Positions 18,573-28,544 of a stretch of 58,088 nt of DNA are shown in pieces. Each line of letters begins with the position of its first letter. The stretch's first letter is position 1. The notes under the pieces were generated by a model. That model was not told the DNA's origin. It did no database searches and saw only the letters and a program-made list of their open reading frames with translations. Position numbers and translations under genes: made by a program. Source of the DNA: Candidatus Desulfatibia profunda (GTDB lineage: Bacteria > Desulfobacterota > Desulfobacteria > Desulfobacterales > UBA11574). The stretch lies in the NCBI GenBank assembly GCA_014382665.1, contig JACNJH010000207.1, forward strand, positions 1 through 58,088, given 5' to 3'.

Positions 18573-19070
18573 TCAGGGCTTGCCCAAAAAATGATCCTGG
18601 CGCCGGACTTCGTTCTTACTGTGAGGTTTTAAACGGCCGATGGTGCCGCATTCCGGACACACGATTTCTGTCGGCATTTCATCAACGGAAATTTCGATAG
18701 TTGCTTTACATTTGGCGCATTTGAGGGTCTTTTTCTTTTTTTCCTCCGGTTCGGCAGTGCTTTCAGAAACAGGTTCTTCCTGGACGTCAGCTTCGATGAA
18801 TGCCATAATCGCTTTGCGCACACAGGTTAAGTCGTCCCCGCCCCCGAGTGCTTTGAGTTTTTCATAATCGGCGTTGTGGATAACAAGTTTGGTTTCGATT
18901 GTATGTGAATTTTCCAGAGCCTTGTTGAGTTCTTCCAGGGCGATTGCCAGGCTTGAGAACTTCATATCGCCGGCATCCATTTTTTCTTTAATCCTGCCGG
19001 TCAGGTTCTCAACCGAAAGCCACTGACCTTCAAAGTTTATTTTGCCTTCTTGCAGATTGATATCACTCAT
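18573..19070 (-). CDS. hypothetical protein with C-terminal zinc ribbon
   Basis: CAKC...CPEC; likely ATG at 19070 after AGGGG. Confidence 0.7.
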   Translation of the reverse strand: MSDINLQEGKINFEGQWLSVENLTGRIKEKMDAGDMKFSSLAIALEELNKALENSHTIETKLVIHNADYEKLKALGGGDDLTCVRKAIMAFIEADVQEEPVSESTAEPEEKKKKTLKCAKCKATIEISVDEMPTEIVCPECGTIGRLKPHSKNEVRRQDHFLGKP

Positions 19071-19107
19071 ATTTTTCCCCCTTTTTTGGGCTGAGCGCAT
19101 CAGGCGC

Positions 19108-19125
19108 GTGAAATATCCGGGCTAA
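19108..19125. repeat. solo copy of the 15471 MITE terminus
   Basis: GTGAAATATCCGGG-CTAA, exact inverse of 15471-15484 plus the same CTAA. Confidence 0.55.
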
Positions 19126-19397
19126 CGCCCCCGTGACTCGACTGCGCTCACCGAAGCCTTGTTGGAGCATAGCACAAATCCCCTTTCCGGGGCTGCGGAG
19201 AGCTTCAATCAGTCTTTTTAACAAATTCAGGCGACGCGCTTCCTTCATACCAAATTCAAAATGACTCTAGCAAATCTTTGATTTTTTGTCCACAGATATC
19301 GTCATCTGCTTCAGTACCGCACCATTTATATCGGTTCTCAAAATTTCGTTTCGATTCAATACCGAGTTATTCAAAGACTTGTTTTGACACACTGAAA

Positions 19398-19471
19398 CGG
19401 TTGGCCGGTTTGCCCGTTGGCCCGTACATCAATGAAAACCGGCAAACCGGACACGGGCAAACGGGCAAACC
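19398..19471. repeat. octamer-repeat palindrome
   Basis: CGGTTGGC/CGGTTTGC/CCGTTGGC facing ACCGGCAA/ACGGGCAA/ACGGGCAA. Confidence 0.65.
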
Positions 19472-19512
19472 CTTGTAACAATGCAATAGCCTGTTCATTC
19501 CTTACGGTTTGT

Positions 19513-21903
19513 TCAATAGGTTTTTGCGCTGATAAAGGCCAATAAATACGCGGCCGCCGCACAGGCTATAATTGTGTGAATACCCAGGCTAAGCGCAATC
19601 TGGGCGCATGCAATCGACGTTAAAACCGAAGCACACCCGTTTGCAGCCCAGGCATAGGCCCGTTCGCCCGGGCTTTTAAACAGATACCGCATGCCCAAAG
19701 GGAAAGGCAGACCTGCCAGGAAACCTGCCGGGATCAGCAGCAGGATTGCCGTCAAATAACGAAAGACGGTGGAAAGCCCTATTATTCGATGGACAAGAAG
19801 GTCAAAGCCGAAGAATATAAGGGTTAGAACGACAATAAGGGCCAGCAGAGCATTTCGCAGGCCGCAAGGCCCGATGTTCCGGGACCAGTAGCCTCCAAAT
19901 CCGGAAGAAACCAGAATCACCGTAAGCACGACGGTGAAGCTGACCACCGGATCTCCGAAGATATAGATATATTTTTTGATAAAGAAGAGTTCAACAAACA
20001 TGTATCCGACACCGACCGCCAAAAAATAAAGGATGTGGATAAAGTTTGGTTTTTGACTTTCTTTTGGGATTGCTGCCAGTGGAAGCACCAGCAGGAGGGC
20101 GCTAACCGCCAAAGCCTCAACAAAGACGACGGCAACGACGATTTCACCGGACATAAAAAGAGCATAAAACCGACTGCCGGTGCTTTGGTAAAGCGTTTTC
20201 AGTTTGGTCCATTTGAGGAACCTGCCGGGAAAGGGGCGGTTGTCGGTCTGAGGGGAGATATCTAACAGATAGGCTTTAAAGTAGTCGTTTTCTGTTCCGG
20301 AGCGATAGGCCTGGGCAAGGCGGTTGATTTCCAGAAAATGAAACGGCGCTTCGAACTTGTTGAATTGGTTGGCCGATCGACGGGCAAGGCCCTCAAGATA
20401 AATCCAGTCGAAGTTTCGATTCCGGGCAAACTCTGCCAACATTTTTGTGTCCGGCAGGGGCCGGGCCGAGACCATCAGGGTATAGGTGTTCCAGTTGCGC
20501 AGCATGGCGATGTGATGCTCGGGCCGCTCGATCCCGATGGATCTGAGACTTTCGTAGGCCGAAGCCCACATCCGGATTGAATCGGACGGCGGAAGCAGCA
20601 GTTTTCGTGCAATGATAAGGATCCCATCTGTTTTCAAATGCTTTAAGTATTGGGTAAAGGCTTCGACGGTAAAAAGGTATTCCTGGGTGAGGGCGGCGGA
20701 ACCGGGAAGCGTGGCTCCCCAGTTTTCCACGTGGATAATGTCGAAGCGTTTATCTGAACGCGCAAGAAACATGCGGGGTGACTGGTTTATCACCGGAATG
20801 CCGTAATGCTGCTGGAGCACGCGGGCGATTTGAGGATGCTCTTGAACAATGGTGATTTCTTTGGCGCCGGAAGCCAGGGCGCAGGGGATGCCCAATCCTC
20901 CGGCACCGTGCAGGATCAGGAGGAGGTTTTCAGGATTGGGAGCCAGCAGATATCCTGCGTAAGGGAGGGTGAAACCGGTAAACCGCCTGTCTGCCGGATG
21001 CCGCAGGCTGTAGAGGACGAAAGGATCGTCACCGTCCTTAAACATAATCCCTTGGCCGGGAAGCGTGTCAGTAAATTTAAGGCTCAATCCCGGTGCAAAG
21101 CGGACATACGGACTTTGAACGGTGTCGATTCTGCCCCTTATGCCGCTGGTGGTTGCGGTGATCCGGGTATCGGGGAACTGGAGCATCTGGCTGAGGCCTT
21201 TGTAAGGCGAAGGTCTCACTGCGATGGTGCTGCCATTGCTGGAAGCGATAAGGCCGGCGACAAGAAAGATTCCAAGAGCCGAAATCTGAAGGGCAAAGCG
21301 TTTCCGGCGGAAGGCGCGTGAGGGTGGTGGCTGCTTTTCGAGCGAGGCTGGTTTTCCGAAAGGCACTAGTATCAAAGGAATGAGGGCCGCAAAGATGACC
21401 AGCCGGCCTTCACCGCAAAAAGGAAGCAGGGGGACCGGAAGAATCGCCCCGCAGGCCGAACCGGCCATGCTGGCGAAGTAAATCAGGCCGGTCTTTTCAG
21501 GAAAATACGCATATGCAACCGAGACGACCAGGCCGGTAAAGAAGAACGGTAAGGATAAAAGCAGATAGGCGCTCAAAAGATAAAGCGTCTGAACCGGTTC
21601 CAGCGGCAACCTGAAATAGTCGAGAGGGATTCGGTTCAAAACGACAAACGCGGTGATTGCGCTGATGCTGTAAAGGATAATAATTGTTGTGGTGGGAACG
21701 ATTGCGGCAAGTTTTTTCCCGCAGCCTTGTTGGCGTGTATCCAGAATATTCAAAACCGTGCCGCTGGCGGCCAGTCCAAAGAGGGCAATGCTGATGACCA
21801 TAAAGGAAAGATGGTTCCATTGCGCGATAGAAAAGACCCTCGTAAGCAGAACTTCAAACATAAGCGCGGAAAGTGAAAGCAAAAAAACGGCTGCCAATGT
21901 CAT
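19513..21903 (-). CDS. polytopic membrane protein with spermidine-synthase-like SAM-binding domain
   Basis: N- and C-terminal hydrophobic helices around LLILHGAGG / FDIIHVE / FTVEAF. Confidence 0.75.
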   Translation of the reverse strand: MTLAAVFLLSLSALMFEVLLTRVFSIAQWNHLSFMVISIALFGLAASGTVLNILDTRQQGCGKKLAAIVPTTTIIILYSISAITAFVVLNRIPLDYFRLPLEPVQTLYLLSAYLLLSLPFFFTGLVVSVAYAYFPEKTGLIYFASMAGSACGAILPVPLLPFCGEGRLVIFAALIPLILVPFGKPASLEKQPPPSRAFRRKRFALQISALGIFLVAGLIASSNGSTIAVRPSPYKGLSQMLQFPDTRITATTSGIRGRIDTVQSPYVRFAPGLSLKFTDTLPGQGIMFKDGDDPFVLYSLRHPADRRFTGFTLPYAGYLLAPNPENLLLILHGAGGLGIPCALASGAKEITIVQEHPQIARVLQQHYGIPVINQSPRMFLARSDKRFDIIHVENWGATLPGSAALTQEYLFTVEAFTQYLKHLKTDGILIIARKLLLPPSDSIRMWASAYESLRSIGIERPEHHIAMLRNWNTYTLMVSARPLPDTKMLAEFARNRNFDWIYLEGLARRSANQFNKFEAPFHFLEINRLAQAYRSGTENDYFKAYLLDISPQTDNRPFPGRFLKWTKLKTLYQSTGSRFYALFMSGEIVVAVVFVEALAVSALLLVLPLAAIPKESQKPNFIHILYFLAVGVGYMFVELFFIKKYIYIFGDPVVSFTVVLTVILVSSGFGGYWSRNIGPCGLRNALLALIVVLTLIFFGFDLLVHRIIGLSTVFRYLTAILLLIPAGFLAGLPFPLGMRYLFKSPGERAYAWAANGCASVLTSIACAQIALSLGIHTIIACAAAAYLLAFISAKTY

Positions 21904-22018
21904 GGGATATCTTTGCGTTGATTGTAGTTGTTTAGGTTTTTGAAACCAAGAGTTCTTTCAGTAAAAATTTAATTATACCTGAAGCGATCAATATTTCAAG
22001 AAGCTAAACTCTTACCAT

Positions 22019-22774
22019 TTATTTTATCCTTTCGCTTGATGTTCGTGATGAGGAATTCCGGCTGAGGGCGCGGCCGGTCATGGGGACGAAAAGAACGCCG
22101 GTAATTTGTTGAATCAAATAGTCGTCGCCGTTTTTGGTAACCAAAGAAAGGTTCTGATAGCTGAAAGGATTGCCCAAGGGGAGAATGAGCCGCCCGTGGT
22201 TTTTAAGCTGCTTTAGCAGCGGCGGCGGGATGTGGTCGATGGCGGCGGTGATCATGATGCCGTCAAAAGGGGCTGCTTCAGGCCAGCCGAAGTAGCCGTC
22301 GCCGCGGCGGGTTTTGACGTTGGAAAAGTCCATCGACCGCAGCAAGTTGTCGGCTGTTTCGAAAAGTTTCTCCTTGATTTCGATGGTGTAAACTTCTTTG
22401 GCGATCCTGGCGAGAACGGCGGCCTGGTAACCGGAACCGGTTCCGATTTCCAGAACGCGCTGGTCTCCTTTAAGCTTCAGGCATGCGGTCATGAGAGCGA
22501 CGATATAGGGTTGAGAAATGGTCTGGCCTTGACCTATGGGAAGGGGATGGTCATCGTAAGCCTGGTTTATAAGCGCTTGGGGCACAAAAAGATGCCGGGG
22601 AACGGCGGTCATGGCGGAAAGGACGTTAGGATCGGAGATGCCGCGCAAACGGATCTGATACTCGACCATATTTTCTCTGGCCTTTTGGTACTGGGGGGTG
22701 TCTCCTGATGTTGCGGCGATGAGGAGCAGAGGGAGGAGTGTGAGGGTCAAAAAAGCAAGAAAGGATCTTTTCAT
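22019..22774 (-). CDS. pcm: protein-L-isoaspartate O-methyltransferase with N-terminal signal/anchor
   Basis: [30 protein letters not shown]. Confidence 0.92.
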   Translation of the reverse strand: MKRSFLAFLTLTLLPLLLIAATSGDTPQYQKARENMVEYQIRLRGISDPNVLSAMTAVPRHLFVPQALINQAYDDHPLPIGQGQTISQPYIVALMTACLKLKGDQRVLEIGTGSGYQAAVLARIAKEVYTIEIKEKLFETADNLLRSMDFSNVKTRRGDGYFGWPEAAPFDGIMITAAIDHIPPPLLKQLKNHGRLILPLGNPFSYQNLSLVTKNGDDYLIQQITGVLFVPMTGRALSRNSSSRTSSERIK

Positions 22775-22980
22775 GGCGCAGCTCCTGTCCCGAATATTTT
22801 AGGCAACTATAAAATAAAGTCTTTTACAAGGCAAATCAATTCGGATTTGGGTTGCAGTTTTTTTGTTTTCATCATACAGTACCCCACTAATTAGAGGCAG
22901 AGGGCGTTGAACCCGCACGCTCTTGTCTAAATTTAGCATGCGGACCTAAATCGTTACAGAAAAAGAGGAGATTACTAGAG

Positions 22981-23883
22981 ATGATCATTACTGACCGGGC
23001 AGCAATCGTTGGCCCCATGCGGCTGCCGTTTCTCGTCTTGCCTCCGGCCTGTGTTGCCCTGGGTGCAGCTACGGCAGCATGGTCGGGCAGCAAAATAAAT
23101 CTGCTTTACCTTTTCATAGCCTTTGTCGGAGCAGTCTCTGCCCACATCAGCGTCAACGCTCTCAACGAGTATGACGATTTCAAGAGCGGTCTGGACTTCA
23201 ATACCCGACGAACACCGTTCAGCGGCGGAAGCGGCACGTTGCCTGCAAAACCGGATAAAGCCCATGTTGCCTTTATTACCGGTATGATCAGCCTGGCAAT
23301 TACAGCCCTTATCGGCATATACTTTACCTATATCAGGGGGTTGGGGCTTTTACCCCTGGGTCTGCTTGGCCTGTTTATTATCGTTGCCTATACGAGATGG
23401 CTTACCCGCAGCCCCTTTTTGTGTTTGATTGCTCCAGGCCTGGGATTCGGCCCTTTAATGGTAATGGGCACCGACTTTGTTCTGACCGGTTCATACTCAT
23501 GGACTTCTTTTGTTGCCTCCCTGGTTCCGTTTTTCCTTGTGAGCGATCTTTTGCTTTTGAACCAGTTTCCGGACGTTGAAGCGGATCGGGAGATCGGCCG
23601 ACACCACTTGCCGATTGCCATCGGCAAAGAGGCCAGCGTAAAGGTTTACGGTGCATTTCTTGCCGCTGCGTATGCGGCGATTGTGGTAGGATATCTGGCC
23701 GGGGTCCTTCCGTCGGCAAGCCTCGTGGCCCTTGTTTCGATTGTTCTGGCGGTATCTACCGTAAAAGGCGCGGCCCGACATGCCGGAGATATAACCAAAT
23801 TGATACCCTACATGGGCCGAAACGTTGTTATCAATATCGCAACGCCGGTGTTGCTTGCGATCAGTCTTTTTGTCGTCAGTTAA
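22981..23883 (+). CDS. UbiA/MenA-family prenyltransferase
   Basis: NEYDDFKSGLD and NQFPDVEAD motifs, multiple TM helices. Confidence 0.8.
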   Translation: MIITDRAAIVGPMRLPFLVLPPACVALGAATAAWSGSKINLLYLFIAFVGAVSAHISVNALNEYDDFKSGLDFNTRRTPFSGGSGTLPAKPDKAHVAFITGMISLAITALIGIYFTYIRGLGLLPLGLLGLFIIVAYTRWLTRSPFLCLIAPGLGFGPLMVMGTDFVLTGSYSWTSFVASLVPFFLVSDLLLLNQFPDVEADREIGRHHLPIAIGKEASVKVYGAFLAAAYAAIVVGYLAGVLPSASLVALVSIVLAVSTVKGAARHAGDITKLIPYMGRNVVINIATPVLLAISLFVVS

Positions 23884-24051
23884 GCCGAATAGTTCTATTT
23901 TACGAGCACTTGTGACGAGTTTTATCCGCCTTTGGCGTGATCGCGCGGTTTACAACGGGATCATCCGACGGCGATAATATATTTAAGCCTTTTTCATTAT
24001 TGGTTGTAGCCGCAAGGCCATGTTTGTTCATGCAAATAGCGGAGGGATAAG

Positions 24052-25254
24052 ATGCCGGGCAGATTGCCCGAAAACTTTAACAACTGGCTGGTGGAAGTGC
24101 GCCGCTGGTTTCACCGGTTTCCCGAACCGGCTTACCGGGAAGAAAAGACCGCAGTCAGAATTTGCGAAATACTAGATTCTTTCGGTGTACCCTTTCAAAC
24201 CGGTGTCGGCAAAACCGGCGTGGTGGCGACACTCAGCGCCCGGCGATCCGGAGCAGTCGTGGCCTTTCGGTCCGACATGGATGCCTTGCCCCTGGAAGAG
24301 GCCAACGAAGTTCCTTATAAGTCCCAGCATCCAGGATGCATGCATGCCTGCGGTCATGACGGTCATATCACCATCGCCCTGGGCGTCATTCGCTGGCTGG
24401 TGGAAAGGAACTGGCCTCAAAAGGGCTGCGGCACGATTCTCTTTATCTTCCAGCCGGCCGAAGAAGGCGGAGCCGGTGCCAAGGCCATGCTGGAGAGCGG
24501 CATTTTCGACACACTGCCGGTGCAAGCTGTTTTCGCCGGCCACATGTATCCTGAACTCCCTGTCGGGAATATCGGAATCGCCCCGGAAATCAGCAACGCC
24601 GCAACCAACAGCATCAGCATTCGGCTAAAGGGCAGGGGCGGCCACGGCGCCCACCCCCATCAATGTATCGATCCCATCGTCGCAGGAGCATATCTGGTCA
24701 CCCAGTTGCAGACGCTCATCAGCCGGGAACTGCCTCCCCTGGAAAGTGCCGTACTCACCATCGGACGATTCGAGGCCGGCACAGCATCAAACATTATTCC
24801 CGAAGAGGCCGTTCTGGAAGGGACTCTGCGAACCCTTCGCCCTGAAATACGGGAAAAAATGATCACACGGCTTCAACAGATGGTAAAGGGTGTGGAGCTG
24901 TCTCACAATGTTAATGCAACACTTCAGCTTGCCCCGGGCTATCCGGTGCTGATCAATGATTCCAAGCTCGTAAAGCATACCCGGGATGTTGCCGCAGAAG
25001 TGCTCGGTGCTGACCATGTCCATTCGCTGTTGCCCAGGATGGGAGCCGAGGATTTTGCGTATTTTTGCGAAAAATGGGGCGGGATCATGGTGGGGCTTGG
25101 CTGCCACGATCCTAAGCAAGGAATGCAGCATGGCCTGCATTCTCCGCACTTTGACTTCGATGAAACTGTCCTGGAAGTGGGGACCCGGCTGTTCGGCAAC
25201 ATTTTGACGCGGTATCTGGAAAAATTCCCGGTTCGTCCGGATTTAGGGTCTTGA
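24052..25254 (+). CDS. M20D amidohydrolase
   Basis: RSDMDALP, MHACGHDGH, QPAEEG, GGHGAHPH, AEDF. Confidence 0.9.
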   Translation: MPGRLPENFNNWLVEVRRWFHRFPEPAYREEKTAVRICEILDSFGVPFQTGVGKTGVVATLSARRSGAVVAFRSDMDALPLEEANEVPYKSQHPGCMHACGHDGHITIALGVIRWLVERNWPQKGCGTILFIFQPAEEGGAGAKAMLESGIFDTLPVQAVFAGHMYPELPVGNIGIAPEISNAATNSISIRLKGRGGHGAHPHQCIDPIVAGAYLVTQLQTLISRELPPLESAVLTIGRFEAGTASNIIPEEAVLEGTLRTLRPEIREKMITRLQQMVKGVELSHNVNATLQLAPGYPVLINDSKLVKHTRDVAAEVLGADHVHSLLPRMGAEDFAYFCEKWGGIMVGLGCHDPKQGMQHGLHSPHFDFDETVLEVGTRLFGNILTRYLEKFPVRPDLGS

Positions 25255-26460
25255 AATCATCAAAACGGCAGAGGCTTTGCTTAAGCGCTTCAGACGTTGG
25301 GGGTCCACTTCCACGCCCAGACCAAAACCATTTAGAGGGCCGGCCTTACCTCCCGAACCAAAAGTTACATTTTTGAAGGTGATGTTTTCCTTTAACATGA
25401 ATTCGTCATAGGAGCCTTCATAAAATAAGGCATCGCCGCAGAGCAGGCAGAGCACCCTGCCGACGGCAGATAGCAGCCCGGATTCGCCCATATGGCAGCC
25501 AATCTGGAAATGAATCCTGTTTTGGCGTAAATAGTTGATCAGTTTGAGTGAATTTCTAATACCGCCGCATTTAGACAGTCTGATGTTGATCATTTTATAG
25601 CAGCCCTCTTTGACAATCTTTTTTATGTCTTTTAAAGAGCATGCCGACTCATCGGCCATCAGGGTGACGCCGGATGATTGCAGCATGCCGGCAAAATCGG
25701 CCAGATCCGAGTCGTTCGGTGTCATGGGCTGCTCAAGCACCTTAACCTCATACTTGCTGAGCAATGGTATGTGCTGATATGCCAACGCACGGTTCCAGAC
25801 GCCGTTTACGTCCACCTTCAGCTCGCAATCATCTCCAAACACATGGTGGACCGTTTCGATGATTTCTTTGTTCTGGGCATAGTCTTTGCCCATCTTCAAT
25901 TTCAGCCGGTGTATTTCCTTGCTTTTGATCAGCCGGCTGAATTCCAGAATTTTCGATTTGCGGACCAATGGAATCCCCGCGCCGTAAAAGACCGAACCGG
26001 TTAAAAAATCCTTGGGGAAGTATTCGATGATGGATGTGCCCCGGTGTTTACCCACAGCATCCAGCAGGGCGGTTTCAATTGCGCAGATTGCTGAATTTTG
26101 GTCCTTTCCGTTAGAAAGCCTGTCAACGAAATCCCAGATTTGCGAAACGTCATTCAACTCCCAGGGGAAATTGTCCTGCCGGGCAAAACGGCAAATACTT
26201 TCGACAGCGCTGTCCTGTGATTCTCCGGTTACGTAGGATCTGGGAGCACCTTCTCCGTATCCTTTAATCGCGCCTTTTTCGGCAATCACTTCGACAATGA
26301 TATTATTGGCCGAGAGTCTTTTCCTCAGGGAGTGAGAAAACTCGTCTGAAAACGGAAGTGAAACCGGGTATAGCTTAACCTGGTCTATTTGCATGCTGTA
26401 AGCCCTCGTATCAATTCTGCGTAAATCAAAAAAACGAGCCCCGAGATCTTGGTGTTTCAT
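25243..26460 (-). CDS. enolase superfamily (muconate cycloisomerase / dipeptide epimerase-like)
   Basis: KLKMG, DVN, EQP, DES, RLSKCGG; start may be ATG 26394. Confidence 0.8.
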   Translation of the reverse strand: MKHQDLGARFFDLRRIDTRAYSMQIDQVKLYPVSLPFSDEFSHSLRKRLSANNIIVEVIAEKGAIKGYGEGAPRSYVTGESQDSAVESICRFARQDNFPWELNDVSQIWDFVDRLSNGKDQNSAICAIETALLDAVGKHRGTSIIEYFPKDFLTGSVFYGAGIPLVRKSKILEFSRLIKSKEIHRLKLKMGKDYAQNKEIIETVHHVFGDDCELKVDVNGVWNRALAYQHIPLLSKYEVKVLEQPMTPNDSDLADFAGMLQSSGVTLMADESACSLKDIKKIVKEGCYKMINIRLSKCGGIRNSLKLINYLRQNRIHFQIGCHMGESGLLSAVGRVLCLLCGDALFYEGSYDEFMLKENITFKNVTFGSGGKAGPLNGFGLGVEVDPQRLKRLSKASAVLMISRP

Positions 26461-26512
26461 GGGGCAGGCAGCATTCCCCGTTCGCCCGCGATCCCTTTTT
26501 CAGTAGGGTTCT

Positions 26513-28501
26513 TCAAACCGGAGCGGATTGATCAGGGGGAGTCTTCGGCAATTTTAAGGTAAATATGGTCCCTTTATTCTCATCGCTTTTTACTTCGATA
26601 ATTCCGTGATGGTCTTGCATATTTTGATGGGCAATAAACAGGCCGAGACCGGTCCCGCTATGGATGGTACTCTTGTGTCTTGTTGTAAAATAGGGGTCGA
26701 ACACCTTGTCGATATAGGCGGGAGGAATTCCGGGGCCATTGTCTTTAATTTCGATCTGAACAAAATCAAGTTTTCCTTTTTCGACACAACTTTTTGTAAC
26801 AAGCTCGATTTTTCCTCCTTCAGGCGTAAAGTCGACCGCATTTGAAAGCAGGTTCAGAATAATCTGTTTCATTTTTTCAGTATCCATCCAAACCGAATTA
26901 ATACCAGGATCAAATTTCCGGATGACTTCAACTTTTTTGGCATTGCTCTGAGGGGAAATGAGCAAAGTCATTTTATTGATCAGGTCATGAAGATCACTGT
27001 ATTCGAAATGCGATTCTTTAGTGTTGACCAAATTCAGAAGTTCTGTGACGAGGTTGTTTACCCGTATGGTTTCTTCCAGGGCAATCTTATGAAAGTCCCT
27101 GCGGAATTCCAGATCGTCATATTTCTTCGGCAGCATCTGCATGAAGGTCCCGATGGCGGTCATGGGGTTCTTAATCTCATGGGCCAGTCTGGCAGCCAGG
27201 TTCCCCAGGAAGGAGAACTTTTCCATTCTGCTGATCAGGGCTTGTGATCTTTTCAGCTCAAGCATCTGTTCCTGGAGCTGGCTGTAAAGCCTGGCGTTTT
27301 CAATGGCGATAGCGATCTGGGGCGCAAACACTTCCAGGGTTTCCCGGGTTTCATTAGGGACTCCGTCATTATCAACCGCGTCCGTGGCGATAACCCCGAT
27401 TACCTTGGAGCGTGTAATTAAGGGAACCACGAACACCGAAGCCGGTTTCCCGTAAGTTAACATGATGTTATCTTTTCTTAAGCTAGAGCTTTTTACTTCA
27501 GGCACATATTCCGGCCGGCCGGTACTGGCGACCCTGGCTAAAATGTTACTTAAACGATCCAGGGATACCTTGTAATTTTTCATCTGTTCCGGCATTTCAC
27601 CGTCAAAACCCACGCCGTGAATATATTCAAGACAGCCTTCGTTTTCATTCACAAGCATGATGATGGCCCGGTGGATATGGCAGGCATTGGAAAGGATGTT
27701 CATGATAACCGTTAACAGAGGTTCCAGGTCCAGTACGGAAAGAATCGCCTTGCCTGTTTCTTGGATAGCCAGGAGCTGTTTTATTTTTTGATTCAGCTCT
27801 ATGTTCAGCCGATAGACCTCACTATATTTTTCCTCGATAAGCTCTTTGTCTTTTTCAATTTCCGTTAACGTTTCCATCAAAACGGATTTTGGCGTGAAAA
27901 ACCCCGAAAAAATTCCCTCCAACCTGTTTTTGTTTGCCCATTTTAAATGGTATTCGCAATATAAAACGCCGTCAAAGTAGCATTTTTTTTCTTCAAGCGT
28001 CAGTGGCTTTGCTCCCCACGTGGTTGGAATGAATGCATAAACCCCCTGATTGTACAGGCATATGTCTCTGGACACATCCATTTGGGGATTCCAGTGTAAT
28101 CTTAAGATGGCGCTGTTCTTTTCCAATTCAACCAGTTCTACTTCCTTGTTCCTGTTCCATTTGGCATTGATCCTTTGAACGTTTTTAAGAACTCTGTGAT
28201 GCGACCCGAAAACTTTTACAATTAAGCTTTTAAAGCCCAGATCAATCTTCTCGACGGCATGCTGGGCAATTTTAAAAGGAGCCAGTTCGTCATTAAGAAT
28301 CAATTTGGCTCGACGGTATAACTTGGAAATGACGGTACAGGAGATCCAATTGTTGGGATCGCATAAAAAACCTTCCGGGTTCGACAGGCGGTCAATCTCG
28401 GGGTCAAGGTCCCTTAATAAAGCGGAACAGTCGCCGTTATTATGCTTCTGGACATAATCCAGGATTACTTTGGAATTGATACAGCTTGTTTCCTTTTCCA
28501 T
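26513..28501 (-). CDS. soluble histidine kinase (N-terminal unknown/V4R-like domain, GAF, HisKA, HATPase)
   Basis: LAHEIKNP, NLLSNA, DNGPGI, GTGLGL; no obvious TM segment. Confidence 0.88.
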   Translation of the reverse strand: MEKETSCINSKVILDYVQKHNNGDCSALLRDLDPEIDRLSNPEGFLCDPNNWISCTVISKLYRRAKLILNDELAPFKIAQHAVEKIDLGFKSLIVKVFGSHHRVLKNVQRINAKWNRNKEVELVELEKNSAILRLHWNPQMDVSRDICLYNQGVYAFIPTTWGAKPLTLEEKKCYFDGVLYCEYHLKWANKNRLEGIFSGFFTPKSVLMETLTEIEKDKELIEEKYSEVYRLNIELNQKIKQLLAIQETGKAILSVLDLEPLLTVIMNILSNACHIHRAIIMLVNENEGCLEYIHGVGFDGEMPEQMKNYKVSLDRLSNILARVASTGRPEYVPEVKSSSLRKDNIMLTYGKPASVFVVPLITRSKVIGVIATDAVDNDGVPNETRETLEVFAPQIAIAIENARLYSQLQEQMLELKRSQALISRMEKFSFLGNLAARLAHEIKNPMTAIGTFMQMLPKKYDDLEFRRDFHKIALEETIRVNNLVTELLNLVNTKESHFEYSDLHDLINKMTLLISPQSNAKKVEVIRKFDPGINSVWMDTEKMKQIILNLLSNAVDFTPEGGKIELVTKSCVEKGKLDFVQIEIKDNGPGIPPAYIDKVFDPYFTTRHKSTIHSGTGLGLFIAHQNMQDHHGIIEVKSDENKGTIFTLKLPKTPPDQSAPV

Positions 28502-28544
28502 TTAATGACCCAAAAGCGAAGGAAATGTCCTTTATTTAAAATGC

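Noticed and set aside
19063-19248. 61-aa ORF or structured ncRNA upstream of the zinc-ribbon hypothetical gene
   Set aside because: No protein motif, it spans a MITE-end remnant, and I could not build a convincing fold or family match.
22895-22955. tRNA-Leu-like fragment on the minus strand (GATTTAGGTC...GCGGGTTCAA)
   Set aside because: No acceptor stem or D-arm and the T-stem is broken; also no fit to TPP or cobalamin riboswitch cores.
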